Of a DNA stretch of 64,000 nt, positions 37,551-47,897 are shown one piece after another. Within the stretch, counting starts at the first letter, position 1, and every line of letters starts with the position of its first letter. Under the pieces are notes generated by a model. That model worked only from the letters and a program-made list of their open reading frames with translations, was not told the DNA's origin and did not search any database. Position numbers and translations under genes: made by a program. Source of the stretch: a virus; the IMG/VR virus record IMGVR_UViG_3300037067_017075, positions 3,916 through 67,915 of that record, one strand, 5' to 3'.

Positions 37551-38383
37551 ACACATTCTGGATCATCGTCGGGATCGCCATGATCGTCGTCCTGGGCGCC
37601 GTACTGGTCCTCATGGGCCTCGGGTATATTATCACCGAGGACCTGGCGGGAGCCGGCGAGCTGGAGGAAGGGGATGGATAAAGAACAATGCAGAGAATGC
37701 CTCGGAGAAGACTATTCCTGCCCGGTGAGACAGGCAGTTGACGCATCCAGAACATTCGGCTGCGCATGTGGAGAAGATGCTGCCGAAGAAGTGGCGGCCT
37801 ATCTCGTCGATAGACGAGGGTGTGCTATGAAAAGCGCATTAATCGAGCAGGGTATCATCCGGGGCGAGCCGCTGAACCCTGAACTGCCACCCCTGCCTCC
37901 CGGAGGACTGAAAGATTATTGGAAGGTGCGGCTCGGAATGACGGAGGAAAAGCATGGATCAGATTGATATGCCTAAGAATCACACTGATCATTGTATGGT
38001 AGTTGGGTGTAATAATCCAGTTACCTATCGGGGCACTATGTTCCCAAATTCTTGTTCTGAACACGCGTTGTGGTGTTTTTTTCCCGGATGCTTTAAAAAC
38101 GCAATTATAGAAAAGCGTGGAGTTGCTCTATGTAACGTGCATAAAAAACTAAATCTCAGAAAGCGCAATTCATATATTTGTGCACACACAGGATGTTATG
38201 AGACCGCAAGCCGGTATATCAAATTTTATGGTTATATGGCCATTACGCTTGTAAAAGCCTATTGTGATACGCATCTGCCGGGAGGCATAGAACAACAACG
38301 GCGCAATTCACCAAAAGAAATATCGTTCAAGCAATATTTATTGGCGATGGGAATAAACCGTTGCGCCGAACAGGAGAATGCTC

Positions 38384-38803
38384 ATGAGCCTCAATAAAGT
38401 AATGCTGATCGGCCGGCTCGGCGCCGATCCCGAGGTCAGGTATCTTGACCACGGCGATGCCGTCGCCACGTTCTCGATCGCCACGTCCGAAAAATGGACG
38501 GACAAGAACTCCGGGAAGAAAGAAGAGCGCACCGAATGGCACCGGTGCGTGGCGTGGCGGCGGCTGGGCGAGGTCTGCGGCGAATATCTTTCCAAGGGCA
38601 AGCAGGTCTATGTGGAGGGGAAGCTCCAGACCAGGGAATGGACCGACCGGGACGGCGTAAAGCGCTCCACCACGGAGGTCGTCCTTTCCAACATGGTCAT
38701 GCTTGGATCCGCCGGCAACCGGCCCCAGGGGCCCGGAGAGGCCGATGCGCCGCCGCACAGCAAGGGCACGTCCGCGCCGGATGAGGATGATATACCATTT
38801 TAG
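38384..38803 (+). CDS. ssb: Single-stranded DNA-binding protein
   Basis: SLNKVMLIGRLGADPE, ERTEWHR, VEGKLQTR, C-terminal DDIPF. Confidence 0.97.
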   Translation: MSLNKVMLIGRLGADPEVRYLDHGDAVATFSIATSEKWTDKNSGKKEERTEWHRCVAWRRLGEVCGEYLSKGKQVYVEGKLQTREWTDRDGVKRSTTEVVLSNMVMLGSAGNRPQGPGEADAPPHSKGTSAPDEDDIPF

Positions 38804-38873
38804 GATTCCGATCAAAGTGGGCTTTGATCGGGTGAACACGTGGCCACCTCACGCTGCGCGTGAGACTCTGGCC
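38801..38873 (+). repeat. Family C two-hairpin element starting at the ssb TAG
   Basis: TAG GATT CCGATCAAAG TGGG CTTTGATCGG GTGAA CACGT GGCC A CCTCACGC TGC GCGTGAG ACTCT GGCC. Confidence 0.85.
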
Positions 38874-38929
38874 GGGAGAACGTGAACAATGGGAACGCTT
38901 GGATTCGATAATAATAGCACGGCGCAACA

Positions 38930-39225
38930 GTTTCCCGCGGCCGGATCGGACAGACCGGCGCTTTACCGAAACGCCGACCGGCAGGGAGCGCTCGGAGCGC
39001 ACGGTGCAAGAAGAATACGAAAAGGAAGAGCGCCGGATGTGGCGGGCGGTGACGCTGGTGATTAAGGCCAAGCTTGAGGCGGTTGAATCCAACATCACAA
39101 CGTTCGACCAGGAGTTTTTGCCGTTTATCGTTATGCCCGACGGCCGCACGATTGCCGAGATCCTGGTGCCGCAACTCCCCGCCCTGATCGGAGGCGACCG
39201 ACAGTTGGAGGATTTAAGGAAATGA
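38930..39225 (+). pseudogene. Probable 5'-truncated remnant of a conserved phage protein
   Basis: C-terminal WRA..L.IKAKLEAVE..ITTF..EFL..IV.PDG motif, but no convincing N-terminal half or RBS after the family C element. Confidence 0.45.
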
Positions 39226-39853
39226 GTAAAATTAAGATGTTTTTGCATAAGCTATTCCGTTCTTCAAAAACGGCCTGTGCCGAAGACGGACATCTTGCTC
39301 CGGTGTATATAGTCCAGAAATGCTACCGTAAACCGGACAGAGAAAAGGATATTTTCCATAGCCGGTACGTTATGATGAAGGTCAAGCGATTTCGGCCACA
39401 ATGCCCCCGATGCGGGAAATGGCTTGGAAACTGGAAGGAATTTTACGATACCGGGATAACGTCGTTTTCAGCCGGTGATTCGGTATGGAATGCTACTCGG
39501 TACGGCGGATTTTATCTCATCGATAGCTGGCGGACCTACAATGACCCCAGCAAACCCCCCGCAAACGAAAAATATGAGGGTTGATCCGATGAGCGCTATC
39601 TCACGCTTCCTCAAGGAACACGGCCTCAAACACCTGACACCTTTCTGGTACGTCCGCTACCGCTACGGCATCATCCTGCGGCGTTTCGGGCGCGTCCGGA
39701 CAGTTAATGGCGCATATGGCACAATCACCTGCGCCCGGGGCGGGTACGTGTACGTCCGGCTGGACGGCGAAAAGCGGTCAGGCCGGTATCACCCGAAGGA
39801 GCTGGTGTACTACCCAGCCCGGCCCGAGCCGGTACACCACAAGGAAGAGGACA

Positions 39854-40600
39854 ATGAATCGAACGAAGATAGAGTGGGTTCGTAACCCCGACGGGACCGC
39901 CGGCTACACCTGGAATCCAGTTACCGGCTGCCGTCATAACTGCTCCTACTGCTACGCCCGCCGGATGTGCGTGCGGTTTGCCGGGAAGTGGGGCCTCGAC
40001 CCGGCCGACCCATTCAGGCCGACGTTTCACCCGGAACGGTTGAATGAAGTAGATCATCTCAAGGGGAAGAAACAAATATTTGTTGGATCGATGTGCGATC
40101 TTTTCGGTGATTGGGTTCCGAAAGAATGGATACAGGACGTCATCGATAAAGCGAGATTCCAAGACGAGCATTATGCACACTACGTTGTCGATAGAGACGG
40201 TCGGGTAAAACAATCCTGTCCCAGGACCTTCATCTTCCTAACCAAGAACCCCCGGCGATATGCCGAGTTCGACTTCCCGCCGAACTGCTGGCTCGGGGTG
40301 ACGGTGACGGGGCAGATCGATTACCAGAAATACCTCGGACTCAGAAGGCAGGATTCTAAAAATATCAAGTTCATGTCCTACGAACCGATCCTCGGGTCAT
40401 TTGATTTCTTTGACTTCGCCTTTCCCGACTGGCTCATCCTCGGCGCCATGACTGGGCCGGGGGCAAAGAAGTACGCACCCGACCCCCGGTGGATAGCCGA
40501 TGCCGTGGCGCAATGCCGGGCGCGGGGGATCCCGGTGTTTATGAAGAACTCCATCCGTCCCTACTGGACGGGGGAGATGATACGGGGGTGGCCGAGATGA
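39854..40600 (+). CDS. DUF5131 (Gp37Gp68, radical-SAM-like) protein
   Basis: TKIEW, TWNPVTGC...CSYCYA, IFVGSMCDLF, LTKNP, SYEPIL, IPVFMK. Confidence 0.9.
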   Translation: MNRTKIEWVRNPDGTAGYTWNPVTGCRHNCSYCYARRMCVRFAGKWGLDPADPFRPTFHPERLNEVDHLKGKKQIFVGSMCDLFGDWVPKEWIQDVIDKARFQDEHYAHYVVDRDGRVKQSCPRTFIFLTKNPRRYAEFDFPPNCWLGVTVTGQIDYQKYLGLRRQDSKNIKFMSYEPILGSFDFFDFAFPDWLILGAMTGPGAKKYAPDPRWIADAVAQCRARGIPVFMKNSIRPYWTGEMIRGWPR

Positions 40601-40814
40601 CTTATGCTATCAAAGACAGTGCCGGCAACAGAGTGATTGTTGTCGAAAAGATGCCGCGTAGACGCTGCGAGCTTTGTGGAAAAACGGCCGAGTTGCGTCC
40701 TTACGGCCCCAACGGTGAAAATATTTGTTTCGCTTGCGGCATGAAGGATGAAGAGACAACGGCTAAACAGTTCGGCAAGATCATTTTGGGAGAAAATCTG
40801 GATTCGTAATCTAT

Positions 40815-40961
40815 GGCTGGGCCTCGGCGGAGGGGGGAAGGGCAGTACTGGAATGTGCCCATAGTCCGTACTGTCTGTGATTAACACGGTAGCGATTATA
40901 TGGGATCGCGACCCCGACATGTCTCGGCCCTGTGGGATGATAAGCCGCTCCCACCCCAGCC
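40815..40961 (+). ncRNA. Candidate structured intergenic RNA
   Basis: GGCTGGG/CCCAGCC closing stem enclosing several hairpins. Confidence 0.4.
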
Positions 40962-41177
40962 TAACAAATAAGTAGAGGATGACGATGAGACGTATCTGTA
41001 AGAAATGTGGGTGTGCAGATTTCAATGTTCTCATTACTGGCCCAGAATCGCACCATCTGGGATTGTTCGGCTTGAGGAACTTTTCAGGGATAGAACTTTA
41101 TTGCGTTAAGTGCGGAGAAGTCGAATCATTCTCCATAGAATATTTAGGCGAGTATACAAAGGACGAAGTAACCGAAT

Positions 41178-41265
41178 AGGGTGTGGGAACTGGCGTGAGA
41201 TGTGGTGCGAAAAGGACAGCTCTCATGCGGTGTAAACTGTTGGCGAGCGTACCAGCCCACACCCT
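41178..41265 (+). ncRNA. Candidate tRNA-like structured RNA
   Basis: 10 bp closing stem AGGGTGTGGG/CCCACACCCT with a stacked 5 bp arm. Confidence 0.45.
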
Positions 41266-42022
41266 TTAAAGGAGAGAGATTATGAGGCCCAACGAATTTA
41301 CACGTGGCTTTGATGCTGGCCTGGCAGCGAGCCGGGCCAATACAAAAGAAATCCTTGACGAAAAAGACAGAACAATCTCCGACCTCCGATCCCGCCTTGC
41401 CGCCGAGACCAAACGAGCAGACGAGGCAGAGGTGTAAAGGGATTTTGCTAACGCACTGCTTAAAGAACTCGGATGGGAAATACCATGTAACGGAGGGAGT
41501 GATGGATAGACCGTTTGACTTAGACCTGGAAGATAAACTATTTAACTGTGAAATGGCGATTGAATACGCCGTTGCCAATCACGGTGTAGACCCATATAAA
41601 TTCCGCACTCAGCTAAAAGAGATATTTGACGACCTCCGCACCGCCCGCGCCGAACTCGCCTCCGCCAAGAAGGTGATAGGGGAGATACGGGAATCGGCGC
41701 ATGGAATGTTGCAGTCTAAAACCGTGGGTGAATTGCACGATCATGCCGAAGCAATTATCAAGGTCATAAAGGAGAAATGAGAAGATGAATTCTTTTCAAT
41801 GGTGGTGGTGCAGGACTATAGCGTGGCGAGTAGCCGATTGGCGACGAAAGGGGTTGAGGTTTATCGAGGACTGGTTTTGGGGAATCCTGTTTATTGCCGT
41901 TGTGATTTTGTTCTTGTTGCCGCTCGCGGCAGCGTGCCATTGTCTCGAAAACGGTCATTTTGAAGCATTCCCCCTTGCGTTTTAGGACAACCGCACCCCC
42001 CTACTAACAAGGAGTGAGAATG

Positions 42023-44177
42023 ATGGACTTAGATAAAATATATAGCCTATTCGACGATGCCGTAAAAAATAATAACGACAAAATAGTGCTGTCTATTCCC
42101 CTGGCGGTGGAGTTTAGAGACGTGCTCAGAAATGCACTGGTGGAGCGTAACACCACAAATTCAACAAAACACCACCTACTCGATGAGGCAATATCCCGCA
42201 TTACCGAACTCGAACGGGAGCGGGATGAAGCGGTGAAACAAGCGAATGAAAATTATCACGCCTACGAGATCATGCGCGACGGTTGCAAGATGCACGAAGA
42301 ACTGGCCGACTCGTGGAAGGAGAAGGCAGAGAAGGCGGAGGGTGCGCTTGTCGAGAGTTTCCGGGACGGCTACGACGCGGGTTATAAATACGCGAAAAGC
42401 GCGGCTGGCAGTAGAGGAGGCCCATATGTTGAACGATAAAGACCTACGGGCGGTAGCGGAGTTCGCGGGGATAGACCTCGACACGATCAAACTCCCCCAG
42501 TACGTTAATGATACGCGGTCAGATATGAAACTAAAATTACAGACCGACTCCGGCATGGCCGCGATACTGAGGACACTGTTGGCGAAGCCCTCCGTGATGC
42601 CTACGGGGAGTCTGGACAGGATACGAGAATTGATAACCTTGCCCGATGGTGTAGAGTGGGCTCCCGGTCCTGAATACGTGCGTAAACAGATACAGTCAAT
42701 TATTGACGAGGGATAACATGGACATAGATAAGAGAGTAGCAGAGTGGCTTGGCTTTATAGTGACGAAGGACGCGTTAGAGCATAACCAATACGAATGGTT
42801 TTGTGACAACAAAGCTTACGGGATGTGGAAAGAGTTTATCGATTGGCTCTTTTCCGACGAAGGCTCTATGGCCATACTGAGGGCATTCCACAAGGCGGGG
42901 TACAGAGTTGTTCACGAGACAATACTTACCTCTACATTTGTCCACACGGAACGCTACGTGGGTAATGCGCATTATGAACAAGGGGTAAAGGCACGTGCCG
43001 GTTCTTTAAACGCTGCCATCCGTGAAGCGGCGAGGAGATACGTAAAGGAGAAGCCATGATAGAAGAAATAAGAAAGAGGAATGAGGAGCACAAGACCCTA
43101 CACGACAAGCTTGTGTCCGCAATGGGTATAAACTACGATTACCCACAACTCGTCATCGATATCGACGTCCTCCTCGCTATCATCGATAGGGTGCGGGAGG
43201 AGTTGCCCGTAGAGAAGATGTGCGACTTCTGCGGGGTATCAACGATCGGGGGGAATCCGCACGACATCCTCGACGACATCAGGGCCATCCTCAACGAGGA
43301 GGACACAAAATGACACCGGAAGAACTGATAAAGGTTTTTCGGAACAATTCTAAGGAAAGTAGCTCCGAATACTCAACATTGTTATGGAATGATCGAGCGG
43401 AATGTATCACGGCTCTCCTTAATCGCGCCACCCGTGCCGAGAAAGCGTTAGGGGAGATACGAACGGTATCACACATAGACCCATACACCATTTCCAACTT
43501 CAAGGACACGGTGTATGGGGTAAACGGCATCCTTGACGACTATTACGGAGGCCAATGATGACCGAAGATGAATTAAGGGCCGTTGAAGAAAGGCGTCAAG
43601 ATGCACTATTTCTATGCTCTGAATATGGTGTATCGCAATTACTCAAAACCGACATCCCCGCCCTCCTCGCAGAGGTGCGGAGGTTGCGGGAGATATGTGA
43701 GCGATGGGAGAACCTATCCCCTGTATGGAGGAAAGAATGAACACCATCTTTACCAAAGAGTATCTACCGGGGACGGTTTGACCCGATGAAGATGGTCTAC
43801 GTCCATTTCGGAAACTTTGGGCCTCCTATACTCGACGAACGGATACTCAGGCCGATTGCAGAGGTAACGAAGGAATTCAGCGAACGGATTAAACCGGTAT
43901 TCGAGTCTCTGGGAGACGGCAATGTAACGGTTAGTGTCGTTGTGACAGAAGTCGAAAAAACATGACCGAACACATGGCCTACATAGCCGTTAAATCCTGC
44001 GGGTGCGTCGTGGGGGCCGTTGTGGATATTCCGGAATGTCGGAAAGAGACGGCCAAGGACGTCGCCGAATGGATACGTAACGGCCTGACGATAGAACGAG
44101 TCCCATCGGCGGAAGTCAAGACGCTCTTAAAGGCGTGCCACTGTGATGAAAAACAGATTTCCATGGGGTTGAAATGA
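42023..44177 (+). CDS. Run of small hypothetical (ead/nin-like) genes
   Basis: Coupled short ORFs with a recurrent DIPALLAEVRRLR / DIDVLLAIIDRVR motif. Confidence 0.55.
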
Positions 44178-44731
44178 TCTACGAAAAAATTCTCGAATAT
44201 CTCAAGGAATGCGAAGACCAGGGAAAAGAACCGGTCCTTTCGCCACATGGGCAACTCGGTTTAATGCGGGCATTCCGGTTTCTTTTTTGTCAGTATAAGC
44301 GGCTCAAGGGTCTCCAACTCGAGCGCGATCAATGGCGCGCCGGCATTCACAAGCGGTGCAATCGGGAACATTATGAATGGCGATTACGCAAGAAGGTCCC
44401 CATCGTTTGCGTCTGCGGCTCAACAAAGTTCAAACCGGAATGGGAAAAGGCGGTCCTCGAGGAGACACTGGCCGGCCGGGTGGTGTTATCGGTCGGCGGG
44501 TTCGACCATCATGACCACCTTGGCATCACAGAGGACCAAAAAGAGGCCCTTGACGTCCTCCACAAGCACAAAATAGACATCGCCAACGAAATCCTCGTGA
44601 TAAACAAAGACAACTACATAGGGAAATCAACGCTCTCGGAGATCCGTTACGCCCAGGCTAAGGGCAAAGGGATACGATTCTACTTTCCGCTCTCAAAGGA
44701 TTGGAGCGAAACGTTGGGGATTCCAGTATGA
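44174..44731 (+). CDS. Protein with a C-terminal nucleoside-deoxyribosyltransferase-like (flavodoxin) domain
   Basis: IVCVCGSTKF, LH.HKIDIANEILVIN..YIG.ST.SEI.YA...GK. Confidence 0.65.
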   Translation: MIYEKILEYLKECEDQGKEPVLSPHGQLGLMRAFRFLFCQYKRLKGLQLERDQWRAGIHKRCNREHYEWRLRKKVPIVCVCGSTKFKPEWEKAVLEETLAGRVVLSVGGFDHHDHLGITEDQKEALDVLHKHKIDIANEILVINKDNYIGKSTLSEIRYAQAKGKGIRFYFPLSKDWSETLGIPV

Positions 44732-45354
44732 CCGTCAGAGAACTTGCCAAAAGTTGCGTCGGGGCAATTTTCCGCAACCCGCCGCGGGCCCCGGACCCGG
44801 ATTTGACCGGCTATGACCCGTCCTGGGAGGCCCGGAGCGTCAAGGAGCTGCTGTTTGTGGTCAACTGTATGCTGTTGCCGCACCAGCGGTTCCCGTCGTA
44901 CGACGACCTGATCCACAAAATCAAGGGGACGCGGCAGGCCACCGACGAGCAGGCCGCCGCCGCCACCGCCGTGCTGCGCCGGCGCGCGGGCGCCATGTAC
45001 GACCTCACGAACGCCCTGAGCGCCATGCACCGCCGGTGGATCGTCGAAGTGGCCGAAAACACGCGGCTGGAGCGGATCCTGTCGTCCAGGGGCTGGCTGA
45101 TCCACCGAAACTTCTGGTGGGCCGCGGCTCTGATCGCCGTGACCGTCTGGGTCGGTCTGGTGGGGCGGCCCACCTTAATGATCGTGGCCAAGGACGTCCG
45201 GTACGACGCCATAGTGGAGCGGATAGCCAACGTTTATGCCGAAAACGCCCGGCTGCGGGTAGAAAACCGGGTGCTCCAGCAATACCTCCAGGACGCAACG
45301 GCCGAGAACGAAGAGATCAAGGGGCTGTTGAAAAAATACGTGGGGGAGGAGTAG
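44728..45354 (+). CDS. Hypothetical protein with a TM segment and coiled coil
   Basis: FWWAAALIAVTVWVGLVG followed by heptad repeats. Confidence 0.55.
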   Translation: MTVRELAKSCVGAIFRNPPRAPDPDLTGYDPSWEARSVKELLFVVNCMLLPHQRFPSYDDLIHKIKGTRQATDEQAAAATAVLRRRAGAMYDLTNALSAMHRRWIVEVAENTRLERILSSRGWLIHRNFWWAAALIAVTVWVGLVGRPTLMIVAKDVRYDAIVERIANVYAENARLRVENRVLQQYLQDATAENEEIKGLLKKYVGEE

Positions 45355-45425
45355 AACCTTTCGCGCAAATCGGGGGCGCGAGTGAGCGACAGGCCACCCC
45401 GTTCGGGACGAACGAGGCCCCGGCC
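45352..45425 (+). repeat. Family C two-hairpin element starting at a TAG
   Basis: TAG AACCTT TCGCGC...GCGCGA GTGAG CGACA GGCC A CC CCGTTCG GGA CGAACG AGG CCCC GGCC. Confidence 0.8.
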
Positions 45426-45444
45426 AGAGAAAAGGAGAAACGAT

Positions 45445-45837
45445 ATGGAAATACTTGATTTTGAGATTCTTAACGGCAAGACGTTGCGTTCTATTGAAGG
45501 TACTACCGGAGACGACAAAATGGTTTTCGTCGTCGACGACAAAGAACAATATGTCCTTTTTCACAATCAAGAGTGTTCCGAACACGTAACGGTCGAGGAT
45601 ATCGCCGGAGATATAGCCGACCTGATAGGGACTCCCATCATTGAGGCCGAAGAAATCTCAGGCGATATTGGGCCAGAAGGATGGAAACCTGATAAATATG
45701 CTGAGAGTTGGACGTGGACATTCTATAAGATTTCCACGATTAAGGGCAGCGTAACTATTCGTTGGTTTGGATGCTCCAACGGATATTACTCGGAACGTGT
45801 CGATCTTGTAACCCTTGACGAATGGAAACAGAATTGA
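45445..45837 (+). CDS. Conserved phage hypothetical protein
   Basis: H.Q.C.E.V.VEDI.GD, SWTWTFY, V.IRWFG.SNGYYSE motif; AAGGAG RBS. Confidence 0.75.
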   Translation: MEILDFEILNGKTLRSIEGTTGDDKMVFVVDDKEQYVLFHNQECSEHVTVEDIAGDIADLIGTPIIEAEEISGDIGPEGWKPDKYAESWTWTFYKISTIKGSVTIRWFGCSNGYYSERVDLVTLDEWKQN

Positions 45838-45838
45838 G

Positions 45839-46372
45839 ATGAAACGCCTCATCCTTATCCTCCTTCTCTCCCCTGCCCTGCTGGGGTCGCGGACGTTTGA
45901 GACGATCGACCTGATCCTCGACCTGGCGCGCTCCCGGGAGGCTGTGCGGGAGCTTGCCCGGGCGGTGGACCTCGGCAGCGTCCCCTCCATCGCCCCGGCG
46001 CCCGGCAGGATATCCAGTAGATTCGGTTCCCGGGTCCACCCGGTCTGGCGGTGTCGGTCGTTTCACTCCGGGCTGGATATCGCCAACGCCGAGGGGACGC
46101 CGGTCTGCGCCGTTGGCGGCGGGGTGGTGGTGTTTGCCGGCGGCGGCCGGCGTTATTCCGGCTACGGCAACGTGGTGGTCATTGAGCACTCGCCCAGGGT
46201 CCGGACCATGGTGGCCCACCTGGGGGCGGTCTTCGTGGCCGAGGGAGACAGGGTGCGCCGCGGGGACGTCGTGGGTACCATGGGGTCCACCGGGATCTCG
46301 ACTGGCCCGCACGTCCATTACGAGATCATTGTGGAAGGGATCCACGTAGACCCGGAGGCGTGGATACTATAG
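45839..46372 (+). CDS. M23 family peptidase with a signal peptide
   Basis: ISSRFG.R.HP, HSGLDIA, YGNVVVIEH, STGPHVHYE. Confidence 0.92.
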   Translation: MKRLILILLLSPALLGSRTFETIDLILDLARSREAVRELARAVDLGSVPSIAPAPGRISSRFGSRVHPVWRCRSFHSGLDIANAEGTPVCAVGGGVVVFAGGGRRYSGYGNVVVIEHSPRVRTMVAHLGAVFVAEGDRVRRGDVVGTMGSTGISTGPHVHYEIIVEGIHVDPEAWIL

Positions 46373-46405
46373 GACTTCGCGTGAAGCGGGCTTCACGCGA
46401 GTGAG
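46370..46405 (+). repeat. Family C element (first hairpin only) starting at the M23 TAG
   Basis: TAG GACT TCGCGTGAAG CGGG CTTCACGCGA GTGAG. Confidence 0.8.
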
Positions 46406-46744
46406 CGGCATCCGCCTCGACATGGCCACACTCGTCGGGACGCTATCAAATCTGGACGACAAAATCCAAGACGACGAGTCGGTTCGTCAGGACATCCTCG
46501 AGGTGGCAGCAGCGTGCTTTCGGATGTTGGAACTTATCGGGGATCATCCCCTTAACCGGATCGCACGGGAACTGGATATAACCCGCGCCGTGGCCAACGA
46601 GTTTGCGCTTCTATCGGCGGCGCACAGGAACCACGAACCGATGGTCTTTATTGCCGGGGTGGACGATGATGTGAGAGGAAGAATCAGAAAGAGAATCGCA
46701 CAAATATTGGTAGTGGGTCAGTTTGACTTGGAGGATTTTTCGAG

Positions 46745-47122
46745 TTGACGGTAAGTAAGGGCGTTAAGAAATATATTGAAGGTTTTTTGGCCGGGCAAAC
46801 TATCGCGTATTGCGAACAAGTTAGGCTTGGAGCTAAGCTCGCCGCGAATATAGACTGTGATCAAACCTACGTGGATAAACTGCTACCTATCGTCGCAGAC
46901 GAGGGTTGCAGGGCCAGCGTTGTGTCAACCAGTCCAGGCCGCGTTTGTTTCTGGATCTTCAGATACGAGTTTGTGAAAAGCATCATCGACCATCTGCAAT
47001 CTGTTTCGGAAAATGAAATTGCGAATGACTTTGATATTTGGATCGCCGGAAAACTCTTCGGTTATGCAGATTGCGAGATAGCCAGTTGCATTAATGGGAA
47101 AATGAAAGTTGCGCCTAAGTGA
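46745..47122 (+). CDS. Hypothetical cargo protein
   Basis: 125 aa; GGAGG upstream. Confidence 0.6.
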   Translation: MTVSKGVKKYIEGFLAGQTIAYCEQVRLGAKLAANIDCDQTYVDKLLPIVADEGCRASVVSTSPGRVCFWIFRYEFVKSIIDHLQSVSENEIANDFDIWIAGKLFGYADCEIASCINGKMKVAPK

Positions 47123-47294
47123 GCTTTTCTTTTAGAATCCAGTATGCTCCCTGATTTGGACAGCCTCCCATTGAACACGGAGGGACTCTGTTTCCCCTAT
47201 TAAGAATTATCGTGTTTGTGCAAGCAGAATGTTTATATCTACCTGTCTCGGAAGCGGTAGTACCAACTTCGAAACGATCTCCTATGTTAGCCAT
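47115..47294 (-). CDS. YjzC-like small Zn-ribbon cargo protein (59 aa)
   Basis: Manual translation MANIGDRFEVG...TGRY...C...RG.RVPPC...W; AAGGAG RBS. Confidence 0.65.
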   Translation of the reverse strand: MANIGDRFEVGTTASETGRYKHSACTNTIILNRGNRVPPCSMGGCPNQGAYWILKEKLT

Positions 47295-47323
47295 TTTAGT
47301 TTCTCCTTTTAAAAATATGTATA

Positions 47324-47479
47324 TTACCTGTAAACCTTCGTCGGTGGGTCTGAACTAATAGCACCCATTCTCTTCAAAATTTCGTGGAGGTGGCGATTCA
47401 ATTGTTGGACGGCCCCCACTAATTCCTTGGTAGTTCTTTCGAGGTCTTTTACGTTCTTTTCGAGGGTTTCGTTCGACAT
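47324..47479 (-). CDS. Small coiled-coil cargo protein (51 aa)
   Basis: Manual translation MSNETLEKNVKDLERTTKELVGAVQQLNRHL...; GGAG upstream. Confidence 0.5.
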   Translation of the reverse strand: MSNETLEKNVKDLERTTKELVGAVQQLNRHLHEILKRMGAISSDPPTKVYR

Positions 47480-47651
47480 TTTGCATATCTCCAAAAAGGT
47501 TTAAATATGATTCAATATTATATAATATTAATTAATAATACTACACATAAACGAATTTGCAAGAAAATATATTATATACAATTATAAAATACCAATAAAG
47601 ATTTTTTGTTTTTCTTCTTGCCATGCTTGACCGGTCATGCTACAATAAGCC

Positions 47652-47897
47652 ATGACAAAGAAGAAAACACCAACCGACATTAATCAGCTTGCCAAATTCA
47701 TTACTGATCAGACGACAGAAGAGAAGCCCGTCGAAGAAGCATCGCCAGTAAGAGAGAAGAATGCAGCTGCCGTGGCCCTTGGAAGATTAGGTGGATTGAA
47801 GGGCGGTAAGGCCAGAGCAGAAAAATTAACCGCAAAACGTAGAAAAGAAATCGCGCAAAACGCCGCCATAAAAAGATGGCATAAGGATAATGATTAA
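47652..47897 (+). CDS. Small basic protein commonly accompanying these IS1-like transposases
   Basis: D.NQLAK.I.D, KNAAAVALGRLGGLKGGKARAEKLT..RR.EIA..AA..RW. Confidence 0.8.
   Translation: MTKKKTPTDINQLAKFITDQTTEEKPVEEASPVREKNAAAVALGRLGGLKGGKARAEKLTAKRRKEIAQNAAIKRWHKDND

Noticed and set aside
41178-41265. Canonical tRNA gene
   Set aside because: No D-arm, 7 nt anticodon loop, TTCRA or CCA.
38801-46405. Family C as an amber-readthrough (PYLIS-like) signal
   Set aside because: In-frame TGA follows after 7 codons at ssb and 3 codons at M23; only the 45352 copy would fuse genes; no suppressor tRNA was seen.
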